From: an uncultured bacterium
GTDB taxonomy: Bacteria; Armatimonadota; UBA5829
DNA: 50,282 bases
Assembly (NCBI GenBank): GCA_964431685.1
Contig: CAYSLA010000005.1
Location: forward strand, 1 to 50,282
Direction: 5' to 3'
Below, one piece after another: positions 34,101-42,416 of the stretch (position 1 is its first letter; the number at the start of each line of letters is the position of its first letter). The notes beneath the pieces are model-generated. The model had not been told where the DNA came from. It worked only from the letters and a program-made list of their open reading frames with translations, and made no database searches. Both the position numbers and the translations under genes were made by a program.

Positions 34101-34820
34101 GCCGAGTTTGTAGATCAGGCTGGCAACCCGGCGGTACTTGTACTGGTCGTCAAGCAGGGTTTTGCTCAGCGATACCAGGTAGCCAAACCTGCTGTCGCCC
34201 TGATAGTTGACTGTGGCAACGCGACCTTTGCCGAAACGGTAGTATCTGTCTTGAAAGCCACGCACTTCCGAGATAGAACCAAATCTGTTCAGATTCAGCT
34301 TCAGCTCTTCGAACGCGAGGCCGGTCTTCTTCATGTCCTCGAGAGCTTCATCTCCGAGCCCGATGGCCAGCAGCCTGGCTCCCCCCGACACCTTGTCGAT
34401 GATGGCCTGTCGGACAACCTCAGGGTACTTGCCCCACGAGGGGTTGGCCCCCAGGACGATCACATCCCAGTTCCTGCTCAGCGCTGCAAGCGCATCACTG
34501 GTCATGCGCGGCTCGGGAACCCGCAGTTCGGTCCAATACACGGTGCGTCTCTCGAACTCGTCAGGATAGTAGGAGGCCCCTGTCCTGATTGTCGCGATCA
34601 GGCAGTCCATCCGGTCAGCGAGTTCCAGAGAATCGCGATGCGCCGGATACAACGCGATGGACAGTATCTTGACCCTGCCGTGCTTCAGACCGGCGAGCGG
34701 CACACCGTCAGGGGATACTATTGTCTGATACCCTTCGGCGTCGCCGTGGACAAGCCCGAGTGCGGGCAGCGCCGATAACGCCAGCGACACTGCCGCTGCT
34801 AACAGCAAGCGTATGAACAA
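31194..34820 (-). CDS. large secreted GH42-like (beta-galactosidase-like) family protein, 1208 aa
   Basis: Signal peptide MFIRLLLAAAVSLALSALPALG. GH42-like RDWLRNHYTDISALNKQWDSSYTSF. Trimerisation-domain-like YSVMVLPFVESLGSQEIANIRDFVSNGGMLIA. Confidence 0.65.
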   Translation of the reverse strand: MFIRLLLAAAVSLALSALPALGLVHGDAEGYQTIVSPDGVPLAGLKHGRVKILSIALYPAHRDSLELADRMDCLIATIRTGASYYPDEFERRTVYWTELRVPEPRMTSDALAALSRNWDVIVLGANPSWGKYPEVVRQAIIDKVSGGARLLAIGLGDEALEDMKKTGLAFEELKLNLNRFGSISEVRGFQDRYYRFGKGRVATVNYQGDSRFGYLVSLSKTLLDDQYKYRRVASLIYKLGKGIDAGEIEEARMDSETSCLVSLAEADAPRAAAWRVVDVDCNKMAQGISEVRPGARSVQIKLPDLPNGPYCIELDLSRDGSIVDWISVMHAVDSNPAITSAKLTKDTLRTGDELNLDIGYSDAANRLSLTVDIDDVHGRRYFTRDYSSLPQNITMRVPEGSLSVLNYVRLSLRSGARLLDRKTVEFTIPEKAESKDFQIWLWSGAGDDVRSKKYHDVIYNSGVTGFANCGHDEVSARAFAASGLVGMPYTTVLAGTLLDDGMFSEEWVGGMRERAQIAARAFSKYGSPGYTLGDEIYLSAFDPKGRFSTSPKVVGLFRDWLRNHYTDISALNKQWDSSYTSFDAVTVQDEQQLLADEKNPSPWVDYRMFLTDSFMNLHYDFRDLIHTIHPGAKVGYDGCEQYSSYDGYDWFKYTRGLDINNVYAQYQIKGAYPNKMFNGQCVRSFTSKDNLRGGWMNGLDSTWGLTYTPWYMAFAGFNSVWWWTATFLGPECDAYDIDLKPSSIYAQILKTANEIQEGAGTILKHADLAPDPIAIHYSENNWHASTLSSGMGLHVNNLGLINDDWFKKPMCGSDPDELKLFGDIEPVGHYATATKNFLTLFSDLGFQPEMIARQEIEQGKLSGGQYSVMVLPFVESLGSQEIANIRDFVSNGGMLIADYRTGIRDEHCKFYDKSPLDDVFGIERSSYGVEKRDCRISVDDNFGPMNGELRGLFCHPDIKVTTGTATGHNEFGVPVFIVNQYGKGRTLFLNSDLYAYFNARRNGVEDDYKDIIRGFISFYGNVRPPYNVTSDRAPVPHTEVFAYTDGDIDYIGVIRDFFVRNHRDFDVSVPLKRSGHLYSVRDKAYLGYTDTAQTRMASGDASLLALLPYRVDGLQMGGDTRVKRGNAVTLKLRVRSGDGQNPGNHTVNVKVFDSENRLRSYLSRAVYLKAGEGAYDIPVALNDPRGKWCIEAVEAVSGKTVRHELSVD

Positions 34821-34838
34821 GGTATTTCCCTCCGATTA

Positions 34839-35171
34839 TCACTTGACATCCAGGAACGCATAGGAACTCAGCCCGCTGACCGTATCCGTAGCCTGCACTC
34901 TCCAGATGCCGGGTTTATCATTGAGCGCGAGTTTTGTCACCATAGATCCACTGTTGCCATCAACTAGTATGTTATGCGCATAGCACCTGACCTCGGTGCC
35001 GTCCGGGCCAAAGAACTGTATGTGAGAGTTGGTCCGCGACTTTGACTTGGAGTCCGTGGAAACAGACACTGACAGCTTTAGCTCCTTGCCTCGAGTCGCT
35101 GTCTGAGGAAGCTTCAGCGCAACTGATTTGACCCGATAGGGTGTTACTGCGTACAGCTTGGCCTCACATGG
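34839..35171 (-). pseudogene. C-terminal domain of the 35172-37046 gene, cut off by an in-frame TAA
   Basis: It is in the same frame as 35172-37046 with no other stop. PYRVKSVALKL...FFGPDGTEV...ALNDKPGIWRVQATDTVSG aligns with the C-terminus of the 1208-aa paralog (PYRVDGLQM...VALNDPRGKWCIEAVEAVSG). Confidence 0.75.
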
Positions 35172-37046
35172 TTAGATATTGGCCTTGACCTCGTCGCCAA
35201 ACCCTATATATCGCTTCTCGCGAACGTCATAGATGTGGCCACTGGTGTCCAGCTTGAGGGTGCAGTCAAGTCCCTGGCCTTTCTGCATGCGTGATTCCTG
35301 GGGCACATAGTAACTGGTGCGGAATGACTCTTGGACCAGCGGGTAGTACACGACGTTGTCCGACCCCACAAACTTGCCTATCCGATAGTACGGCGCACTC
35401 TTCTCAGGATAGTACGGTGTGGTAATTGTCACGGCCCGCAGGGGGTAGTCCTCGCCCAGTGCCTTTCGGAAGACCTCGCGGTACGCACGCGCCATCGACT
35501 CCCTGCCTGCCATCGGATCGTGGTAAGGTCCCGGCAGCGGATCGGGCAGATAGACTTTGTAGTTGCTCAGATATGAGTTGACGAACACTGCGCGCCCGGC
35601 TCCGTGTTTCTTTGAGGTGACCAGGGGCAGAGCATCCGTAAATGTGCTGATCACTTCCGCCTGAACTGGCTCGTCATAGCAGGTCACGTAGTTGACCTTC
35701 TCCAGCAGATAGGGCCAGTCAAAGCCTATGGCTCCGGCGTATCTGGTACCCTCAATGCCAAACCTGAACTTGCTGTCCCGCTCCTGAAGGGACTCGAGTG
35801 TAGCGCCGTGAATATCCGCGAACAGCTTGTCCATATAAAGGCGGTACTCCAGCCACGGCGCAAAGGTGTAGATCTCGTCGCCGTCTCCGGCTCTCAGATC
35901 GTCCTTGCTTATCTCGCCGGCAACGCCTCCGCCGCCCACCTCCACGTCGGAGCGTGCCAATGTCTCACTTATGTTGCCCAGCTCAGCCGGTTGGGTTTCA
36001 CCGAATGACTTGTAGGACGTTCCCCAGCTCCTGTTGAACCGCGAGAGGTCGCCCGCATACGACTGCTCCATCCACTTTCGGAAGGCCTCGATGTTCTTTG
36101 GCGCGTATGACATCCAGCTCTGCTGCTCGTCGCCGGACAGGTATGTATCTACCCCCCACTTCTTGGCCACGTCCGCGTTCCGGTTCACGTGCCACACGTA
36201 TTGGGAAACGAACGCGTCGTCTCCAAGCACCATCCGGCTTTCATCGGCCGGCCTCCAGAGTCGATTATCCTCGGCTCTCGCAAGGTATGAGAGAACTCCA
36301 GCGGAGTACTGGAAGATCGGCCTGATACCGTGCACGGCCAACGTGCCAAAGAAGTCATCCAAGACCCCATCCCACTCCTCGTCAGACAGCTTCTGGGACG
36401 CATAGTAGTTTGCGTACGCCGTACTCCCCACAACGCCCACATCTCTCTGAGTCTTGAGCGCGTGCAGTGCCCAGGGCCTGTTGAACTGGAATGGCGCTTC
36501 GCCCCACACGTCGAAGACGAACTCCTCAACTTTGTGGTCGAAATCGTCCAGTCCGCAGGCCACCGGTTTCTTGACCACGTCGACGATCTTCCCGGCGTTC
36601 TTGAGAGTCACCGACAAGAAGACCCCACTGCTCTTCGCATCTGAAGTGTCCATATTGAATCGCGCTTTGCCGCCGTCGACACGCCTGGAGTCGGACCAGA
36701 TAAGACGATCGTAACCGTCGTGGACTTCAGCCTGCAAGGTGTCTCCGGCGGAGGCCGAGTCGAGAACCACATCAAACGTTCCTCCGGCCTTGGGGTAGCC
36801 TGACTTTGCTGTCTGAACTTCCTTGATTCCCGGCCGTGTGCCTTCGACTGGGACGACACAGAAGTCCAACGTCCTGCCATACATGTCCTTGAGCCATAGA
36901 TTTGCGAGGTTTTCGCCCTTCCTGACAACCGAAAACGCCTCCGCCAGCGGCACGCGGACTGCGCCTGCTCCGTCCGTATTCACGGCGAAAGCCGCGCTTG
37001 AGCAGAGCTCATAGTTCTTATCTCTGAGTTCGCTCACCAGCGTCAT
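35172..37046 (-). CDS. GH42-like family protein, middle segment of a split paralog
   Basis: 624 aa. FRKWMEQSYAGDLSRFNRSWGTSYKSF. Colinear with residues ~430-1090 of the 1208-aa protein. Confidence 0.65.
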   Translation of the reverse strand: MTLVSELRDKNYELCSSAAFAVNTDGAGAVRVPLAEAFSVVRKGENLANLWLKDMYGRTLDFCVVPVEGTRPGIKEVQTAKSGYPKAGGTFDVVLDSASAGDTLQAEVHDGYDRLIWSDSRRVDGGKARFNMDTSDAKSSGVFLSVTLKNAGKIVDVVKKPVACGLDDFDHKVEEFVFDVWGEAPFQFNRPWALHALKTQRDVGVVGSTAYANYYASQKLSDEEWDGVLDDFFGTLAVHGIRPIFQYSAGVLSYLARAEDNRLWRPADESRMVLGDDAFVSQYVWHVNRNADVAKKWGVDTYLSGDEQQSWMSYAPKNIEAFRKWMEQSYAGDLSRFNRSWGTSYKSFGETQPAELGNISETLARSDVEVGGGGVAGEISKDDLRAGDGDEIYTFAPWLEYRLYMDKLFADIHGATLESLQERDSKFRFGIEGTRYAGAIGFDWPYLLEKVNYVTCYDEPVQAEVISTFTDALPLVTSKKHGAGRAVFVNSYLSNYKVYLPDPLPGPYHDPMAGRESMARAYREVFRKALGEDYPLRAVTITTPYYPEKSAPYYRIGKFVGSDNVVYYPLVQESFRTSYYVPQESRMQKGQGLDCTLKLDTSGHIYDVREKRYIGFGDEVKANI

Positions 37047-37082
37047 GCTGAACTCGATTCAGCACCCAGACGTTCCCTTCTC
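37041..37082. repeat. partial copy of the composite palindromic element, at an ORF boundary
   Basis: CGTCATGCTGAACTCGATTCAGCACCCAgacgtTCCCTTCTC. Compare the reverse complement of element A, CGTCACCCTGAACTCGTTTCAGGGCCCATCCCTTCTC. It contains the palindrome GCTGAA-ctcga-TTCAGC (37047-37063). Confidence 0.7.
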
Positions 37083-38438
37083 TACCGCTACCTCCAGCAC
37101 ACCATTCTCGGCCTTCGCTGAGACTATCCGGACCGCGGGCTTCCGGGCTGAAACGCTGTATATAAGGTCGATTAGAAAAGCGTAGAAGTTCTCGCTCGGA
37201 GTCGGCATGGTCTTGTAGAATCCAAACTCCGGCAAGAACGCGCTTCCCATAAAGTTGAGTTTCTCTCGATAGAGAAAGTTTTCGTATCTGAGGAGAGCCA
37301 CACTGCCGCTGCCGTGGTTTCCCAGAGAGAGCATGTCTTCGGGAAGCGGCTTCATCAGTTGGACCTTGTCCAATGCAAACCGAGAAATGACCCGGGACTG
37401 CAGCTCGGGTGTAGAGCTCAGGCTGGAAAGCACGGCGTCCATATCCCCAAGCATACATTCTTTCAGCGGGTTAGAGTATATGAGGCCAGTTCCGGACTTC
37501 ACCTTGGCGAGAATGGCTGTCCGTACACTCTGGGGCAGATCTGACCATTTCACGCTGGCGCCGAGCATTAGTACGTCCCAGTCGTGAGACAGCAAGTTCA
37601 GCGCCTTCTGCTCTTCGACTATCGTCATCGCGGGCACTTCGGGTTGGTCGCCAGTGGAGTTCCAAATTATGGGAACCCAGTCCCACTTGAGGTCCATGCG
37701 CTGGTTGAGTTCGGCGATGTCCCTGAACTGACCCATGTGCGTGAAGAACAAGGCTCTGACAGTGCCGACGGCCGAAGGCGCCGACCAGACGACGTGAGGG
37801 GTGACCACTTCCGTGTTCATCTGCAGCCAGGCGCTGAGGGAGGCATCTCGCATCCAAAGCTCCTCCAGACTCATTGTAGCCTGAGGACGAACCAGCTCAC
37901 GGCTGCCGCTGCCCCGGGTCACCTCGATCTCATTGATCTTACAGCCCCAGTAGTTGCGCACGAATACAGCGACGTAGCGCCCATAGCCGGTCAGTCCACT
38001 GAAATCGACGAACGGCGAGACGGCGTCCGCAAGGCTGGCTTGATCATAGTTGGCGAATGGCTTGCGCTCGGCGAGGAACTGCAGCTTGTCCAGCGTCTCT
38101 CCTGCGTAGACGGCGAAATGCGGTTTGAGATTCACCCAGGCACTGGTGTAGTTGTTGGTGGTGCCCGAGTAGATTCTCACGTGATCTATGAACTCCGGCT
38201 TCTCCAGATCGATGAGCACATATGTATGATCACTCCAGTTGTCGCCCCAGTCGGCGAAAGTCTCCACATCACCGTCGGTAATCCGGGAGAAGAACGCCGC
38301 CGTGGTGTTCACGACGGGCAGAGTGACCACCTTCTTGCCCAGTGCCACGTTAGTCCGGTCGTCGGCCCCGAACGCGGCAGATATCATCGAGACCGTCAAT
38401 ACCAAGAGCAAGAAACAAACCCAAGCCAAACGACGCAT
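37059..38438 (-). CDS. discoidin (F5/8 type C)-like domain protein, N-terminal segment of the split GH42-like paralog
   Basis: Signal peptide. ITDGDVETFADWGDNW..YVLIDLEKPEFIDHVRIYSG (discoidin-like). VRALFFTHMGQFRDIAELNQRMD and WDVLMLGASVKWSDLPQSVRTAILAKVKSG align with the N-terminus of the 1208-aa protein. Confidence 0.65.
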   Translation of the reverse strand: MRRLAWVCFLLLVLTVSMISAAFGADDRTNVALGKKVVTLPVVNTTAAFFSRITDGDVETFADWGDNWSDHTYVLIDLEKPEFIDHVRIYSGTTNNYTSAWVNLKPHFAVYAGETLDKLQFLAERKPFANYDQASLADAVSPFVDFSGLTGYGRYVAVFVRNYWGCKINEIEVTRGSGSRELVRPQATMSLEELWMRDASLSAWLQMNTEVVTPHVVWSAPSAVGTVRALFFTHMGQFRDIAELNQRMDLKWDWVPIIWNSTGDQPEVPAMTIVEEQKALNLLSHDWDVLMLGASVKWSDLPQSVRTAILAKVKSGTGLIYSNPLKECMLGDMDAVLSSLSSTPELQSRVISRFALDKVQLMKPLPEDMLSLGNHGSGSVALLRYENFLYREKLNFMGSAFLPEFGFYKTMPTPSENFYAFLIDLIYSVSARKPAVRIVSAKAENGVLEVAVEKGTSGC

Positions 38439-38547
38439 TTGCTGTCTCCTTTATAGAGGACCGTTGCTTTGGGATTTCGGCCTCATCCGGCCAGACTCAC
38501 CTGGCCCGCGACGAGGCGCGACGCATCCAACGCACGAACAACGCAAA

Positions 38548-40275
38548 CTAAGCTCCAAACTCGAGATGCCCCATATCGTCCGGGAACGGCAGGCTCCAGA
38601 GTATGTAGAACCAGATGTTGGTTTCCTCCTTCGCTCGAATGCCTCTGAGAGGATTGATGCCCCACCGGTCTCCGGGGCTCGGCGCTCGAACACCCAGCGA
38701 ATCGAAAGGAGTAGTTATTGTGCCGACCCATTTGTCTGATTCCGCCGTCACCGAGGACTTCCAGTCTTCGTTCCACTCCTCGTCCGAGTAGGCGTGCTGG
38801 GACCTCTCGTTCGCCGGAGACACTCCCAGGTGAATGTAGTCCTGGTGTGAGTGCTGCGGGTCAATGAAGATGTTGAACGAGTTTACGTAGTAGTAGAATG
38901 TGCGCGAGCCCAGCACATCGAGATAGTACTGTTTCTCGGGTTGCTCCACCTGCGGTGCAAGCGCAGCCGGCATGTTGGAATCGTGACACGTGAATCTGAA
39001 CACCAACTCCCTGTCCGTATACGCTATCTTCACGGACGTCATTTCCGAGGGTATCTGCTCCGCCTTCACACCGCTGTTGAAAAGGAAGTCGGCATAGTCG
39101 GGCACACAGGACCAGTCTATATCCAACGTCGAACCGGTGGAAACCCTTGCCGCCTTCAGAACCCTCTTGTACTTGGGTTCGCCGAGGTTCATCGATCTGA
39201 TGGTCATCATCAATTTGGAGCGCAGCACAGCGTCAGACTCATAGAGCATCATGTCGTCAACGCCCTCGGCCTCCGCACGCTCAACGTAGTCATCAACCAG
39301 ATCGGGGTAGTTGCCATCATAGCAGCATATGCCGGGGACAACCTTGGTCTTGGCGGTGTCCACCTGTGACCTGAGGCAGTGGTACATGTCCACTCCTTCC
39401 TGAGGCCTTATGCTGTACTTTATGGACATGGAGGTTGCCATCTGGATGTGGCCTTCTGCGCTTAGTTCGGGCACGTCAAGGCAGAGCCACTTCTTGTTAT
39501 CAACAGGCCAGAGCATCAAGGACAGCTCTTTGCCGGGAGACGTGCTGTGCAACTTTCGGCTGATTTCTCTAACAAAGCTGGTCTGGATATCGGTCTTGAA
39601 TGCAAGCCATGTTGGGTCGTCCGCTGGCAGGTCAATCGGGTCGACTCCGTGTTTCCCTTTGAAGTGTGCTCTGATCTCCGGGTTATACCCCATACGGTGG
39701 ACGCCATTGCCATCAGCCGACGGGCAAGCGTTATGGCGTACGAAATCCAGCATCAGACCTTCGGCTCCGTAGGCGAGCAGCTCGTCCACAACCGCCAGTT
39801 TGTGCTGTCTTACTTCGTCGTAGAAGAAATCAAGCGTGCCGCTGTAGCTCCTGCCCTCACGATCCATCTGCCAGAACTGCGGACGCTCCCTGGCAAACTG
39901 CCCGAGGAACGCGCCACCGTGGTCATCCTCGTACATACTGTACCAGATGTAGAGCTTAATTCCGAACTCTTCAGCGGCCTTCACAGCATCAAGGATAGGA
40001 TCATACTCGTGGAAGTCCATCACCCGAAGATACTCTACACTCATCGTAGGCTGAGGATAGAGCTGCATCTTCTTCCACTCGTCATAGCCGTACCTGTCCT
40101 GCACTTGAGCCACCTTGCTCGGATAGCAGGCGAGTCCTCCATTGAAAGCACGAATGTATACTTCCGTGATACCGGCGACTTTCATCTGGTCAAGGATCGA
40201 GTAGAGGCCTGGTTTGCCCCAGGCTCCGCCTAAGGCAGTCCAGTCACAAAACGTACATAGGGCTCTGATATTCAC
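38548..40275 (-). CDS. putative glycoside hydrolase (GHL10/DUF187-like TIM barrel) with C-terminal CBM9-like domain
   Basis: 575 aa, GTG start with GGGAGG RBS. The N-terminal half is TIM-barrel-like (ITEVYIRAF..., EGLMLDFVRH). The C-terminal part is CBM9-like (IAYTDRELVFRFTCHD...WVGTITTPF..LG). Confidence 0.55.
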   Translation of the reverse strand: MNIRALCTFCDWTALGGAWGKPGLYSILDQMKVAGITEVYIRAFNGGLACYPSKVAQVQDRYGYDEWKKMQLYPQPTMSVEYLRVMDFHEYDPILDAVKAAEEFGIKLYIWYSMYEDDHGGAFLGQFARERPQFWQMDREGRSYSGTLDFFYDEVRQHKLAVVDELLAYGAEGLMLDFVRHNACPSADGNGVHRMGYNPEIRAHFKGKHGVDPIDLPADDPTWLAFKTDIQTSFVREISRKLHSTSPGKELSLMLWPVDNKKWLCLDVPELSAEGHIQMATSMSIKYSIRPQEGVDMYHCLRSQVDTAKTKVVPGICCYDGNYPDLVDDYVERAEAEGVDDMMLYESDAVLRSKLMMTIRSMNLGEPKYKRVLKAARVSTGSTLDIDWSCVPDYADFLFNSGVKAEQIPSEMTSVKIAYTDRELVFRFTCHDSNMPAALAPQVEQPEKQYYLDVLGSRTFYYYVNSFNIFIDPQHSHQDYIHLGVSPANERSQHAYSDEEWNEDWKSSVTAESDKWVGTITTPFDSLGVRAPSPGDRWGINPLRGIRAKEETNIWFYILWSLPFPDDMGHLEFGA

Positions 40276-40398
40276 TTAGCAAACCTCCCTGGTCGCTGAG
40301 AATTGGAGAATTGGGATTTCGTCCGCATGCCGGGTGCACGGATGCAGTAATGGCTTTCGGGAATGTCATCTGTCAAATGGCGCGCACGTCTGCTAATA

Positions 40399-41123
40399 CT
40401 ACAGCCGATCAGGATTGAACACGCTGTTGGCCCACTTCGCACAAGTGCTGCTAAGGGTAGTCCACTTCATCCACTTGGCGTGACCATCGGCGTATACCAG
40501 CGTGGTCCCGCCAGCGTGCCTGGACCACCAGTTGCCGGACTTCGCCTTGTCACTGGGATCGGAACCATAGGCGTAGTACTCGCCCATCGTGTAGCCAGCT
40601 ATCGGCGATGCGACGTCGCAATCGAATGCTCCGTAGGGTCTTAGCGCAATATACCAACCGATATTCCATCCGTAGTCCTGAACGATTACAACGTCTGATG
40701 GCCTCTTGATCACGTTCAGGCTCTTGCCGAACAGCAGATTGCCGTTCGCTACATAAGAGAGCCCTTTCTCATCGGTCACCAGAGAGGTCTTTATTGAGCT
40801 GGGGCAGATAAACACGCCAAAGCTCTTCAGGTAGGGCAGAATACCTCTTCCCCAGTTGAAATACTGCGCGTAAGCGGGGGAAGTGTCATACCACGCTCCC
40901 CACGCGTCGTCCAGGATTCACTGTATTGCGTGGGCAGGATGTCGTCATTGTCCTGCGTGTACATGTCAATTGCGAGGCCGATCTGCTTGCAGTTGCTTAG
41001 GCAAGTAGACTGCCTGGCCTTGTCACGCGCTTGCGCAAAGACTGGAAACAGGATTGCGGCAAGTATCGCGATGATTGCTATGACAACAAGAAGTTCTATA
41101 AGTGTAAATCCGGTCTTCCTCAT
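40399..41123 (-). pseudogene. prepilin-type N-terminal domain / DUF1559-like protein, frameshifted
   Basis: [58 protein letters not shown]. The frame breaks near 40910, and the continuation [40 protein letters not shown]... is in another frame (track ORFs 40827-41123 and 40399-40815). Confidence 0.75.
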
Positions 41124-41197
41124 GTTGCTCTCCTCCTATCGCATCCGTATCGTGCGGTCTTGGTTTTCGCTGTGAACAGAGTCCAGGCACGACGCCG

Positions 41198-42331
41198 CTA
41201 ACTGCCGTAGGGCAGTGCGAGCAGGTCATGCACGCTGTTGATCGTGATTTCGTCAGCATCGCCCATCGGATAGCCGCAGGAGCCTCTGATGAGTATCGTG
41301 GGCGTGATGAGCACTTTTCTGGGATTCACATCTTTACCGTCTAATATGTCTTTGAGCATCACAACAGCCCTGCGCGCCATATCAGCAATCGGACTCAAGA
41401 TCACGGTCACATCCCGACGCAAATAATAACCTGACAAGGAATGCGTATATCCCACCATACCTATGTCCCGTCCAAGCTCCAATCCGGCTTCCGACAAGTA
41501 CGTAACGGCCGATGCCGTCATCTCTGCACCGCGAGTGATTATCGCGTCAGGCCTCGAGTCAGAAACAGCCTGCTTGGCGAGAAGATAGCCTGCATCCATT
41601 TCCGGGAGATTGTCCGTACAGAACGACTCCGGCTGCATCCCGTAACCGGCCGACAGGGTGTGGAACTGCGACCTGAGGCTCTCGTCCTCCTCAGCACACA
41701 GCAAAGCCACCTTCTGGTGTCCCAGTCTAGACAGGTGCATCAAAGCAGTGTTGATGGCATACAGTTTGTCCACAACAATGCTGTGTATGTCCGGATCCGG
41801 CAGATCAACGGTGACCCACACAAACGGAATACCTTCTTCCCTCAGCAGCATAATGTCGTTGATGGGCATTCTGGAAGCGATGATGAGTCCATCGATGTGC
41901 TTCATACGGATGTTCTTCCAGAACAGAGGGTTATCTTCCATGCTTGTGCTGTTGAGGGGAGTGCTGAAGACCTGGATATTGAGTGCCTGATTCACGCACT
42001 CGTCTGATACACCCCGCATTATCTCGGACAACTGCATGCTGGATGTACCGTGTATATCCAGGAACGTCACACCGACTGTGGGCGTCGGAGCGGAATAGAG
42101 CGAGAACAGCTTCTCCCTGTCTTTGACAAACAGCCCCTTGCCGGGACGGCTTCCAACAACGCCCTCCGCCTTCAGCACGTCGATCGCCTTTATGGCAGTA
42201 ACCGTGCTCACGTCAAAGTCCTTTGTTATGTCTCGATAGGAAGGAAGCCTGTCGTCGCCCAACGGGTCAGACATCAGGTTCTGGACGAGAGCGTTTTTTA
42301 CTTGGACGTAAAGCGGTTCTTCGGTATGCAT
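41198..42331 (-). CDS. GntR-family HTH regulator fused to a LacI/PBP1-type sugar-binding domain
   Basis: N-terminal winged helix (LPSYRDITKDFDVSTVTAIKAIDVLKAEGVVGSRPGKGLFV), followed by a periplasmic-binding-protein-like fold. Confidence 0.75.
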   Translation of the reverse strand: MHTEEPLYVQVKNALVQNLMSDPLGDDRLPSYRDITKDFDVSTVTAIKAIDVLKAEGVVGSRPGKGLFVKDREKLFSLYSAPTPTVGVTFLDIHGTSSMQLSEIMRGVSDECVNQALNIQVFSTPLNSTSMEDNPLFWKNIRMKHIDGLIIASRMPINDIMLLREEGIPFVWVTVDLPDPDIHSIVVDKLYAINTALMHLSRLGHQKVALLCAEEDESLRSQFHTLSAGYGMQPESFCTDNLPEMDAGYLLAKQAVSDSRPDAIITRGAEMTASAVTYLSEAGLELGRDIGMVGYTHSLSGYYLRRDVTVILSPIADMARRAVVMLKDILDGKDVNPRKVLITPTILIRGSCGYPMGDADEITINSVHDLLALPYGS

Positions 42332-42416
42332 TAGATATTACCCCTGCAAATCGGGCCTACACAAGCAAAGACAGAGATGCTCCCGCACCATGGCGAGAGC
42401 ATCGACGAACATATAC

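Noticed and set aside
37059-37061. Selenocysteine (UGA recoding) or alternative genetic code explaining the in-frame TGA
   Set aside because: The UGA lies inside the hairpin stem rather than ~11 nt upstream of a SECIS-like hairpin. TGA clearly terminates other well-defined genes here (for example at 4983-4985 and 8468-8470). The second interruption is a TAA, and no sel genes are visible.
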